A DNA stretch of 64,000 nt, from contig JAMWCW010000001.1 of NCBI GenBank assembly GCA_023819145.1, forward strand, positions 66,400 through 130,399. Direction: 5' to 3'. Positions 1-8,868 of the stretch are shown one piece after another. Origin of the DNA: Candidatus Omnitrophota bacterium. GTDB lineage: Bacteria > Omnitrophota > Gorgyraeia > DTHP01. The position numbers and the translations under genes were made by a program. The notes beneath the pieces are model-generated. The model was not told where the DNA came from and made no database searches. It saw only the letters and a program-made list of their open reading frames with translations. The first letter of the stretch is position 1. The number at the start of each line of letters is the position of its first letter.

Positions 1-286
1 ATTAAGAAACCCGATGAAGTCTGGGAGTATGTATTTAACTGGAGTAAAGCGCGGGGCAAAATAACCCTTCAAGATAACCTTACGATGGGTCTTCCTTAGC
101 AATTCTTTCTTGTGAATTTTCTGTTGTTCCAGCCAGCACACATCCTTGACGATAGCCGATAATTGTGGTATCTTTAAAGAGGAAGCAATTGCAAGAATAA
201 AAATCTTGAATTGTTTTGTAAAAGTATACCCTGTTTGGGCGATTTTAAGCCGGTTATAAAATCTTTTTCTTAAAAATGGCTTAGCG

Positions 287-1210
287 GTGATGAAATTTAG
301 AAGAATGAAAATGGGGCTTGTTTTATATTTTGCTGTGGTATGGTCTTTTCTATCCGGTAGCTATCTTATCTTACCTCAAAAGAGCCAAATTATCTACGAT
401 AGGCTAAGTGCACGTAGAGTAAAAAGTGACTCTCGTTCAGATTACAATCTTACTTATTGTGCTCCTCAGTATTTTATTGATGGGATTAAAGAATTTATCC
501 CACCCTCTTATTACCCTATTGCTTGGCGGTTATATGAACATTTACGAACAGGTTATAGGGGGGAGCTGCTTTCTTCCGATTTAAGAACTGCATTTATCCA
601 ACTATTTAAGTATCATGGTATTAGGTCAATATTAGATTTGGGTTGTGGGAGGGGTAATTTTTTGTTTATGCTTCAACCTCTCGCTAAGGAAGCGGGGATA
701 GAACTGGTTGGTGTAGATTTAGAATTATCTCAAGATGTTAAAGAGAAAATGAGCAGGCTTGGTATTGAATTTTACGAGGGCGATTCCGAGGATTTAAGCG
801 AATTGGTGGGCAGGAGAAAATTTGACATTATTGTTGCGGCAGGAGTATTGGGGCAAGCTCAAATTTCTCTTTCTAAAGAAAATCTATCGCAGGCCCAAAA
901 GCAAAGCACGCATATTGCTCTTGCGGCAGTAGATGCATTAAGTAGTAATCCTTACGCAGTGTTTATTACCGCTTCAATATTCTCTTTTTTGTTTTTAGAA
1001 CGCAGTAAATTGGAAGAGATGGGTATTAGAATCGTTTATTGGAATAATGAAGAGATGAGGGTGAGAGAAGAGACGAGCTGGGATTCCATAGATGACCGCA
1101 TACGTGTTTGGTATGGGGAGAGATATTACGGGGAAGATTGTCCAAGTATTGGATTCTACAACCTATGGAACCAAAGCGCCAATGTTGCGGTTATGCAAAA
1201 ACGAAGATAG
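287..1210 (+). CDS. Class I SAM-dependent methyltransferase
   Basis: Motif I LDLGCGRGNF is the Gly-rich SAM-binding loop of Rossmann-fold methyltransferases, with acidic residues after beta2 (VGVDLE). N-terminus has a hydrophobic stretch then SARRVKS. Confidence 0.55.
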   Translation: MMKFRRMKMGLVLYFAVVWSFLSGSYLILPQKSQIIYDRLSARRVKSDSRSDYNLTYCAPQYFIDGIKEFIPPSYYPIAWRLYEHLRTGYRGELLSSDLRTAFIQLFKYHGIRSILDLGCGRGNFLFMLQPLAKEAGIELVGVDLELSQDVKEKMSRLGIEFYEGDSEDLSELVGRRKFDIIVAAGVLGQAQISLSKENLSQAQKQSTHIALAAVDALSSNPYAVFITASIFSFLFLERSKLEEMGIRIVYWNNEEMRVREETSWDSIDDRIRVWYGERYYGEDCPSIGFYNLWNQSANVAVMQKRR

Positions 1211-1361
1211 AATCTAAAGGGAATTATTCTCTAAAAAAACATCTTAAATAGATTATGGCGTAGTTGCAGGGTTTTACTTAAAAAAAGTCTTCCCGACTAA
1301 CTGAGTTGTTGATAGTTCGTCTTTCTTAATTTTTGTTAAGATTAGAGGGGGGATTCTAACT

Positions 1362-2210
1362 TTATTTTTTGCCACGCTCGGCAAGGATTTTATCCCAGAC
1401 CTCTCTTTGATATTGAGTGAAAAGTTCGTAAAGTCTTGACTCTAAAACTTTTCTTTCCCCTTCTTCGCTCCATAGTCTATAACTTTCCGAACAGAGCTTA
1501 AAAGCAATCATTAAAAGCTCATATTTATAACCTAATACTTCTCTTAAACGCTGCTCCTCTTTTTTTAGAGATTCTTCTAATTTTTCGTAGTCAATATTTA
1601 TCGCTTCATAATCAATTAAATAACCATCCTCGCCGGTTTTAGGATTATAATTTTCTCCTTCAATCCAGTGTTTACCTACGCGTCCATCATCTGCTTGTAC
1701 TGTATCCCGCGTATAGTCTATACCCCAGCTTTTGAGCTTAGGTAAAAACGGGGGGAGGGGCCTATATTTTTCTGCTTCTCCTGTCCAGGGATTCTGTACC
1801 CATCCGGAAGGAGGAGAGTCTTCCCTTCCTTCTGCATATTGATAGATATAGCAACCATCTTGGTAAAGGGTAAGAATATAAGGGACGTTTCTTGCTGGCA
1901 CTTCTCCCGTTAAGAACCAGTATTCATTCAAAAGAGCGCAAATAAGATGAATTTTATCTCCCCCTTTTGACTTGGCAATTAACAATAAAGGAGGACTAAA
2001 TTTTACTCCTTTAAGTTCTTCTATCTCAATAAAATCAACCTGCCCAACGCGCCAATTATTTGCTGCTTCGCGTATTTCTTCGGTGGTGATAAACGAGGGA
2101 TGAGTTTTTATTCTGCGTAGAGAAGAATAAGAGAGAGGTTCTATAAAGATAAAAAGAGCGTTAAATAATAGACTAAGCAAAGATAAGAGTAATAAAATTC
2201 TTGTTCTCAT
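1362..2210 (-). CDS. Hypothetical protein with N-terminal hydrophobic helix plus RR leader (MRTRILLLLSLL...SSLRRIKTHPS)
   Basis: Long ORF on minus strand. Likely start is the internal Met (MRTRILL) giving a TM/signal helix followed by SLRRIKTHP. No recognisable catalytic motif. Confidence 0.4.
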   Translation of the reverse strand: MRTRILLLLSLLSLLFNALFIFIEPLSYSSLRRIKTHPSFITTEEIREAANNWRVGQVDFIEIEELKGVKFSPPLLLIAKSKGGDKIHLICALLNEYWFLTGEVPARNVPYILTLYQDGCYIYQYAEGREDSPPSGWVQNPWTGEAEKYRPLPPFLPKLKSWGIDYTRDTVQADDGRVGKHWIEGENYNPKTGEDGYLIDYEAINIDYEKLEESLKKEEQRLREVLGYKYELLMIAFKLCSESYRLWSEEGERKVLESRLYELFTQYQREVWDKILAERGKK

Positions 2211-2263
2211 TTTTCTTCCCTGAGAAAATATAACACCTAATTTACCTAGCGTCAAGGGACACT

Positions 2264-2292
2264 TGACGATTTGCAAAAAGCGTGTTATATTT
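2264..2292 (+). promoter_or_regulatory. Sigma70-like promoter TTGACG-N17-TATATT; first of two identical 29-nt copies
   Basis: cTTGACGatttgcaaaaagcgtgtTATATt. Identical 29-mer recurs at 3915-3943. The palindrome CGTCAAGggacaCTTGACG overlaps the -35. Confidence 0.5.
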
Positions 2293-2399
2293 TAAACGAA
2301 ACTAAAATTCCTTTATCTAAGGATGCGGTAACTAATCTTTCCTTTAAGCTTAAATTTAGAACCCCTATAATTAAATACATAAAGAAGGTGTTTATACAA

Positions 2400-3785
2400 A
2401 TGTTATTGGTGAGGTTATTTTTGCTATTTGTTTTTGGTTTAGATGTATTATTTAATTTTTCTTCTTATTTATCTTGCCATAATTTTCTCTACGCATTACG
2501 CAGAAGTAAGCAAAGTAATATTTTTAGCTTAGGAATTGGTTCAAAGAAGACTATCGATGATTTGGGAGATATTTATGGCAAGGTTGTTTTAGTGAGGGTA
2601 GATTTTAATGTGCCTATTAAAGATGGACTTGTTTTAGACACCTATCGCTTAGAAAGAGCAAAAGAGACAATAGAAAATTTAACTAAGCGTGGTGCGAAGG
2701 TAGTTTTGATGTTTCATTTAGGCCGACCCAAAGGAAAGATTGTTCAAGAATATAGGATAGAACCGGTAATTGCTAAGTTTAGTGAAATGTTAGGCAAAGA
2801 GATTAAAATAGGTCCAGATGCCGTAGTAGGTGATGAATTAAGGGAGTTGGTTAGCAAGATGAATCCGGGGGAGGTAATTTCTTTACAGAATTTGCGTTTT
2901 CATTCCGGAGAAGAAAAACAAGATGAAGCCTTTGCGGAGGCAATTCTTAATTACACGAGGGCAGAGATTTACGTAAATGATGGGTCTGCCAATATGCACG
3001 GTAGCGACCAAGTGTCTGAAACTATCTTACCTCTCTTAATGCAGAGAAGAGGGCTTCCGACGGTTTTAGGAAAATTGGTGGTAGAAGAGTTTGGAATTCT
3101 GGAAAATTTTGTTAAGGGTGGTATAGATTTAGCCTTGTTTGGCGGTTCAAAATTTGAAAAGATTGAATCTATAAAGAATTTAGTGTCTAGTGGAAGAGTA
3201 AAAACTGTTTTTCTCTCGGGAGCAATGGCACACTTGTTCCTTAAAGCCAAAGGATTTGAATTAGGAAAGTCTAAAATTGACACAGAACTCGTGAGTGAAG
3301 CAGAAGAGATACTTGCTTTAGCCGAAAAGCGTGGCGTACGCATTGTGCTTCCTGTGGATGTGCGTTTAGATGATGGAAGTTTATTAGTTATTGCTGATAA
3401 AAAAGGAAATAAAATTGCTGATATACCGCCAGAAAGAGCCATTTGGGATATTGGAATTATTACTTTAAAAATGCTCAAAGACATGATGGAGATGATTCCT
3501 TCTTCAGGAAGAATAATTAGTAACGGCACCGCAGGATGGTTAGAAAAAGGTTTTCCTTTTGACTGGGGAACAAATGATATAAATAGAATGTTGATAAATC
3601 ATCCTGCAGAAAAATTAATTTTAGGAGGAGAAGGAGCTTTTGCTGCTTTGAATATGTTGGCTGAATATCAGGGAACACCTGAGCAGTTTAATATGACCAT
3701 TCTTACTGCAGGAGGAGCAGCACTTGCTTATCTAGCAGAAAGAGCGGATGAGCTTACGCCTTTTAATTATATTGATACGAAGTGA
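2400..3785 (+). CDS. pgk: Phosphoglycerate kinase-like protein with ~95-aa N-terminal extension (TM helix plus ALRRSKQSN)
   Basis: VLVRVDFNVP...GAKVVLMFHLGRPKG matches the PGK N-domain signature (RVDFNVP / HLGRP). C-terminal GGGA-like TAGGAALAYL. RBS AGAAGGTG 10 nt before the ATG at 2400. The six-frame ORF start at 2271 lies inside the promoter, so 2400 is preferred. Confidence 0.65.
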   Translation: MLLVRLFLLFVFGLDVLFNFSSYLSCHNFLYALRRSKQSNIFSLGIGSKKTIDDLGDIYGKVVLVRVDFNVPIKDGLVLDTYRLERAKETIENLTKRGAKVVLMFHLGRPKGKIVQEYRIEPVIAKFSEMLGKEIKIGPDAVVGDELRELVSKMNPGEVISLQNLRFHSGEEKQDEAFAEAILNYTRAEIYVNDGSANMHGSDQVSETILPLLMQRRGLPTVLGKLVVEEFGILENFVKGGIDLALFGGSKFEKIESIKNLVSSGRVKTVFLSGAMAHLFLKAKGFELGKSKIDTELVSEAEEILALAEKRGVRIVLPVDVRLDDGSLLVIADKKGNKIADIPPERAIWDIGIITLKMLKDMMEMIPSSGRIISNGTAGWLEKGFPFDWGTNDINRMLINHPAEKLILGGEGAFAALNMLAEYQGTPEQFNMTILTAGGAALAYLAERADELTPFNYIDTK

Positions 3786-3915
3786 TAATGAGTCGTAATC
3801 CGTAAACCGTAATCGGTAATTTGTAATAAAAAATAACGAACTCAACGAAATAACCAACTAAACGAAAATAACGAAATTAACGAACACAACGAACAAAATA
3901 TCATCAACGCAGCCC

Positions 3916-3944
3916 TTGACGATTTGCAAAAAGCGTGTTATATC
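3916..3944 (+). promoter_or_regulatory. Second copy of the identical TTGACG-N17-TATATc promoter
   Basis: cttgacgatttgcaaaaagcgtgttatat is identical to 2263-2291. Lies upstream of the small ORF at 4016 and of the GAPDH-fusion gene. Confidence 0.5.
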
Positions 3945-4015
3945 TTAATGTAGAAGAGAGGTACTTTATAAAACTTAAATTTCAATATCATAAATTAACT
4001 TTCTAGAATAAAAAG

Positions 4016-4201
4016 ATGAGAGATTTTAATTATTTCTTTCTATTGGAAAGTGAAAAAATAGTTTCTCATTCTAAAGGGTATCAAGCCCTGATTAAAGCAT
4101 TGGAGCATGGTTTTGAAGGATTAGACAAGGAAATAGCCAAGAGGTTAATAAATTCCTATTTATATTTAAATGAAAGGAGGGAATGTAATGAAAGGTTCTA
4201 A
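4016..4201 (+). CDS. Small hypothetical ORF (61 aa) between the promoter and the GAPDH-like gene
   Basis: ORF only; weak RBS; overlaps the start of the next gene. Could be a leader peptide or spurious. Confidence 0.2.
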   Translation: MRDFNYFFLLESEKIVSHSKGYQALIKALEHGFEGLDKEIAKRLINSYLYLNERRECNERF

Positions 4202-6611
4202 AATAAAATTTTTCTTAGTTTCTTTTTTGGTGCTTTCTTTTAGTTTTGGTTTTTCTTTTTCCGGTGATTCTTCTTTTTTATTGAGAAGACTCAGAAGTGT
4301 TCCTGTAGGTTATTTACCATCTTCAGGGATAGAAGTGGTAGATGCATTAGATGGTATGGTGAAGGTAGAGATGATTTTGCCTCAAACTTTTGAAGAGAAT
4401 CCGGCGTTAGTTCCGACATTATCGGCTTTTTTTCGTGCTTTAAGCTATAACCGCGATATAGAAATCTCAGCGATTGTATCTCCTGTTTCTGCGGAAGAGT
4501 TGGCTAGAGCCATTCAGTCAAATTATGCGTTAGGTCCGTGGAGAGGGGTTAATGTAAGTGCTGAAGGAAACACCTTAATTATAAGAGGAATGGATACAGA
4601 GGTAAGAATACCTGTTTCTACAAGTTCTACAAGATCCACCGGCGGAGCCGATGTTTCTATCTGTCTAGGAGATGTCTCCCGTGCTCCTTCGATTCTTTCC
4701 GGGAAAAGAGCGCTTTATTTTCCTGTAGGAAGCATAACAACGCAAGAAGGAATAACTGCTTTACCTGGTTCTATTGGAGAATGGGATAGTGCGGTGGTTA
4801 ATGTTTCGGAACTTACAGGTTTAGCAATAGCTTTACAAGCTCTGAGAGAAGAATTAGGAGGTTTTGGGATGGTGGGTAGAATAGATGTATTTTGTCCGGA
4901 AGGGGATATGACTATTGTGCCTTCGGCAAAAGAAGCCGATGTTTCTGATTACCTTTCTTCTTTAGGGATAACCTCCCCGGGAATGAGAGTAACTCTTCAT
5001 ACCACAAAAATATCCGGAGATATCAAAGGAGCAAGACTGGTAGGAATAGTAATTACTTTTCCCAGTAAAGTTACCAAAGAAGATTTAATAAAAATATTTG
5101 AAGCGCATCCTTTATTAGGAGTTGCTCCTGAAAAAGATTCTACTTCGGCAATGTTTACCAACCCCTATGAGACAAAACTTTTTTATCTCAATACCGGTAA
5201 GACTGTGGTAGACGAGCTAAAAGATGGTTCTACCATGATAACTCTGCGTGGTTGGGTAGGGGATTATTCTTACGCAGGAATGATGATTTCTGCCATCACT
5301 GAGGTGGGACAGCGTTTGTCGGAGTTAGGTATTCTTTCTACCCAGAAGGCAAGTGTAATCTATCCGGCAGTAGAGCATCCTAAAGTTCAAGTTCTTGCTC
5401 AACCGAAGAGAGTTATGGTCAATGGGGGAGGAGGGAGAATTGGAGTAAATATTTTGAGAAGTCTTATCGGAGATCCTAATTTTGATGTGGTGGCGGTTAA
5501 CGGAGTGCGTAGTGCCGAAGCCTTGCGTCAGGGATTACTTTATGACGAAATACTAGGTCCTACGCGGGCGGTAATAGAAACCGGCAAGCAGAAGTTATTG
5601 GACGGGAGAGAGATAGAGTTTGTGACTATAAATGGCCATAAAATATATGTGTTTAATGCCCGTGAAGATGAAGAAGTGCGTCAACTTCCGTTAGGTGATT
5701 TGGGGATTGAGTATGTTTTAGAAGCAAGTGGCAATTATACTCAAACAAAGGATTTTGAACCTTTCTTTCAAGCAGGAGCTAAATATGGCTTTATCAGCGC
5801 TCCCGCAAAAGATAAAACTACTCCAGAGATTGTTCCCGGTGTAAATCCTGAAACTTTTGTAGCGATGGCAAGAGAAGGACTATCTCAAGTGGTTTCTTTT
5901 GGTTCATGTACTACAAATAATGCTGCTCCTGCCATAAGAGCAGTGCTTGATCTTTTAGAAGCAAGAGGATTGCAAGTAGAAGAGCAATTAGAAAAAGTCA
6001 CTTTAGAGACAGTTCATGCAGTAACCCAGACCCAAGCACATCTTTTACCAATTCAAATCAGAGACCCAAATAAAGAGCCTGAGAGAGCAAGAGCAGGAGC
6101 ACTTAATATTGTAGTTTCTAGTACTGGTGCAGCTAAAGTTATTCCTAAAATCATTGAAGAAATTGACAAAATGGAGGGAATAGCTTTGCGCGTGGGCAAT
6201 CCTAATGGTTCGGAATCGCAGATTTCTTTCTATTTAGATGGTAAATCGCCCGTGACCAAGGAAGAAATAGTTGCTTATTTACAAGAAAGAGCGAGAACTG
6301 ACCTCTTTAATATTTTAAGAGTAAATACTGGAGAAAAATTAGATTCCCTAGCGATAAACGGTTCAGATATTACTTCCATTGTGGAAGCTTCAACGGTGAA
6401 AGTTACTCCTCGTTATAATGATAAAGGAGAATATGTTGGCGATATGATCGTGCTTAATACTTGGTATGATAACGAATGGAGTTATACTCAACAGTACTTA
6501 AGGGGAATTATTATGTTTACCCTATTACTGGAGAACCCTGGTTTAACCCCCGAAGAACTCTTGGTGCGTAGTGACAGATTGGGTGTACATGCCTATGCTC
6601 CTATCCCATAG
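4188..6611 (+). CDS. gap: Glyceraldehyde-3-phosphate dehydrogenase fused to a ~370-aa N-terminal domain of unknown function, with TM plus LLRRLRSVP leader
   Basis: C-terminal half carries MVNGGGGRIGVNILRSL (NAD-binding GxGxxG), the catalytic SCTTNNAAP (SCTTNCLAP signature with Cys) and TVHAVTQTQ (His176 region). RBS AAAGGAGGG 7 nt before the ATG at 4188. Confidence 0.65.
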   Translation: MKGSKIKFFLVSFLVLSFSFGFSFSGDSSFLLRRLRSVPVGYLPSSGIEVVDALDGMVKVEMILPQTFEENPALVPTLSAFFRALSYNRDIEISAIVSPVSAEELARAIQSNYALGPWRGVNVSAEGNTLIIRGMDTEVRIPVSTSSTRSTGGADVSICLGDVSRAPSILSGKRALYFPVGSITTQEGITALPGSIGEWDSAVVNVSELTGLAIALQALREELGGFGMVGRIDVFCPEGDMTIVPSAKEADVSDYLSSLGITSPGMRVTLHTTKISGDIKGARLVGIVITFPSKVTKEDLIKIFEAHPLLGVAPEKDSTSAMFTNPYETKLFYLNTGKTVVDELKDGSTMITLRGWVGDYSYAGMMISAITEVGQRLSELGILSTQKASVIYPAVEHPKVQVLAQPKRVMVNGGGGRIGVNILRSLIGDPNFDVVAVNGVRSAEALRQGLLYDEILGPTRAVIETGKQKLLDGREIEFVTINGHKIYVFNAREDEEVRQLPLGDLGIEYVLEASGNYTQTKDFEPFFQAGAKYGFISAPAKDKTTPEIVPGVNPETFVAMAREGLSQVVSFGSCTTNNAAPAIRAVLDLLEARGLQVEEQLEKVTLETVHAVTQTQAHLLPIQIRDPNKEPERARAGALNIVVSSTGAAKVIPKIIEEIDKMEGIALRVGNPNGSESQISFYLDGKSPVTKEEIVAYLQERARTDLFNILRVNTGEKLDSLAINGSDITSIVEASTVKVTPRYNDKGEYVGDMIVLNTWYDNEWSYTQQYLRGIIMFTLLLENPGLTPEELLVRSDRLGVHAYAPIP

Positions 6612-6644
6612 AAAATAAGATTTATTCTCGCAAAAGGAGGAATT

Positions 6645-8798
6645 ATGCGGATAAGCAATTTAGTAAGAGTTATTTTTATTTTCTTTTCTGTTCAATTTTC
6701 TCTCTTTTCTGGTGAACTCCGGAATGGAGTAATCTTAATTTCTCGTCGGGCTAAGAATCAAGAATTTTTAATAGTGTCTCCCTTTCAAAAATTACTCTCT
6801 CTTTTAGGAAACGGATTACAAACTGGTCTTAACTTTGATGAAGGGATAGAACTTTTTCGCCAGATAGAGAGATTGCGCTTGTCTGTGGAGGAAACAGAAG
6901 ATTTTTATTCTTTTATAGCGAATAATCTTGTTGATTTTTTGGTAGTTTCAGAAAGGTCAGGAATTAGAATTGACCTTCTTGATATTCGCGACCTTTTCTC
7001 GGCAGCACAGAACTATGCTTTGGGGATAAGAAGAGATGAGTTGGGATTAAATAGGGGAGGAAGGGCTCTTTTAAATAAGATGTTAAGTGTTAAAGATATA
7101 AAAATCATTGGTGAACAGCTTTTAGAAGCACTTGACTCCTCTTTTAACAATGGCAGGATTGATAAAGCTAATTACCTGAAATATAGAGAGCGTCTTGAAA
7201 TTATTACTCTGATGGCTGGACTCTGGGCAACTTCACCAGTGAGTTCTAAGAGTATGCTTAGAGCTTTAGAAGGAGGAAATACCGCCATTATGGCCGCAAA
7301 TACCCAGATGTCGGTAAGTATTCCCGGACTTATGCTTGCTTCTTTAGAATTTGGAGCTCCCCTTATGTTTGAATCGGCAATGAGTGAAGTCAACCTGCAA
7401 GACCCAAATGACCCTGCGAAAATAGCTATTGGTTATATCGGTAGAAATCCCCAGGAATTTGCGGAAGTAGTAAGATACTATGCCTTTCTTTTAGGTTACG
7501 ACCTGCCTTATGCCATTCATGCTGACCACACCACAGTAAGTAAAGATACAGCGGAGGCAATTGACTATGCTAAAAGACTTAATCAAGCACAATTATCTGC
7601 AGGATATACCTCTTTTGCTATTGATCCTTCATCTCTTCCCGCAGTGAGAGAAGATACCCAGTTAAAAACGCTCAATGCCATGGAGGTGGAAGAGTTCTTG
7701 AGGCTTGGTTTTGATGAAAGTTTAGCAAAAACTTTAGCCGCGCGAGAATTTAAAAAATTAAAAGAACTCTCTTCTATTGAAGGAATAGACGAGAGAAAGA
7801 TCAATATTCTGATGGACTATATTGAGTCACAGATTCTAGTTGCAGTTTTGAATAAAATGGGGTATGAAGATTTGATGAGCATTCCACGTATGCCTGGAAC
7901 TATTGCCCGTGCCATTGTAGAGAACGGTCCGTTTACTTCCTTGGAAGAGCTAAAAGAAATTGATGGGCTGGGTGATGATGATATTTTCTATATTGAGGGA
8001 ATAGACAATGCGGTTCTTTTGTTTGATTATTTAAAGGCTTACTTAGATTTAAAGCGGATTATTGAGATAAATATAGAATTAGCAAAATTTATTCCTGAAG
8101 AGTTTGGTTTAGAGGTGGAAGTTGGTCATATTGGAAGAGTTGATCCACTGACGGGAGAGGCGGTGATGACTACTCCTTTAGAAGCGGTAGTTTTGATTGA
8201 AGCATTACAAAGATTTGGGATAAAACCACAGCTTTTGGCGGTAAATAATGGAACAAAACACGGAATTGTCTTCATTGGGGGTAAAGAGGTTCCTACGACT
8301 GTAGATGTAAAAAGAACCGATGAAATAGCGAGCGCTATAAGACCTTTAGGAGTTTCCCTTGCTCAGCACGGAACTACTGGTACGCCTTTTGAGGTTATAA
8401 AAGATCAACTTGCGGGAAATATCCTTAAAGCCAATGTAGGAACCGAGTGGCGGAGAACTGTTTTAAGAAGCATGCCTTTGGATTTATTCTATAGAATGGT
8501 AGAGTGGACAGTGGAAGAAGAAAAAAGGAAAGCTCCAGAGAAATTTTCTGGACTTCTTCCGGTAAGAAGTTATACACGTGAACAACTGCTAAGTTCAGAG
8601 TGTCCTTACTATGCTTTAATTATTGATCCTATAAAACGGGCAATAGGAGTTTTTAGAGCTGAAATTGATAATATTTCTGGTGAGGATTTGGATTTAATTG
8701 TAGAAACAACCCGCGAAGTAGCAAGAGAGTATTTTACTGCTTTTAATGCTCTAGAGAAAGTTTGGAAGATTGTAAAGTATTTGGGTTGGGGATGGTGA
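6645..8798 (+). CDS. Class II fructose/tagatose-bisphosphate aldolase-like protein with inserted tandem helix-hairpin-helix motifs and N-terminal TM plus ISRRAKNQ leader
   Basis: AIHADHTT (DH metal-binding motif), EVEVGHIGRVD (EaElG-like) and SLAQHGTTGTP...ILKANVGTEWRR (LHGgSG...KiNidT-like) fit the class II aldolase TIM barrel. SIEGIDERKINIL and IPRMPGTIARAIVENGPFTSLEELKEIDGLG are HhH-like. Confidence 0.5.
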   Translation: MRISNLVRVIFIFFSVQFSLFSGELRNGVILISRRAKNQEFLIVSPFQKLLSLLGNGLQTGLNFDEGIELFRQIERLRLSVEETEDFYSFIANNLVDFLVVSERSGIRIDLLDIRDLFSAAQNYALGIRRDELGLNRGGRALLNKMLSVKDIKIIGEQLLEALDSSFNNGRIDKANYLKYRERLEIITLMAGLWATSPVSSKSMLRALEGGNTAIMAANTQMSVSIPGLMLASLEFGAPLMFESAMSEVNLQDPNDPAKIAIGYIGRNPQEFAEVVRYYAFLLGYDLPYAIHADHTTVSKDTAEAIDYAKRLNQAQLSAGYTSFAIDPSSLPAVREDTQLKTLNAMEVEEFLRLGFDESLAKTLAAREFKKLKELSSIEGIDERKINILMDYIESQILVAVLNKMGYEDLMSIPRMPGTIARAIVENGPFTSLEELKEIDGLGDDDIFYIEGIDNAVLLFDYLKAYLDLKRIIEINIELAKFIPEEFGLEVEVGHIGRVDPLTGEAVMTTPLEAVVLIEALQRFGIKPQLLAVNNGTKHGIVFIGGKEVPTTVDVKRTDEIASAIRPLGVSLAQHGTTGTPFEVIKDQLAGNILKANVGTEWRRTVLRSMPLDLFYRMVEWTVEEEKRKAPEKFSGLLPVRSYTREQLLSSECPYYALIIDPIKRAIGVFRAEIDNISGEDLDLIVETTREVAREYFTAFNALEKVWKIVKYLGWGW

Positions 8799-8868
8799 GA
8801 TCTTATAATTCTTCTTAGTAATTGAAGTTGTCTAAAAATTATTTGCTACTAAAGGAGGGATTGTAGAG

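Noticed and set aside
2969-3529. 186-aa minus-strand ORF inside the PGK-like gene. The same applies to the other listed minus-strand ORFs nested in large plus-strand genes, such as 9204-9626, 13974-14342, 35645-36244, 40165-40524, 41803-42219 and 53762-54193.
   Set aside because: They are fully antisense to genes with strong motif support, have no RBS and low-complexity Ser/Pro/Leu-rich translations. These are typical shadow ORFs.
4016-4201. 61-aa ORF as a bona fide upstream regulatory peptide of the GAPDH-fusion gene
   Set aside because: Kept only as a low-confidence feature. It has no SD, no recognisable motif, and overlaps the better-supported start at 4188.
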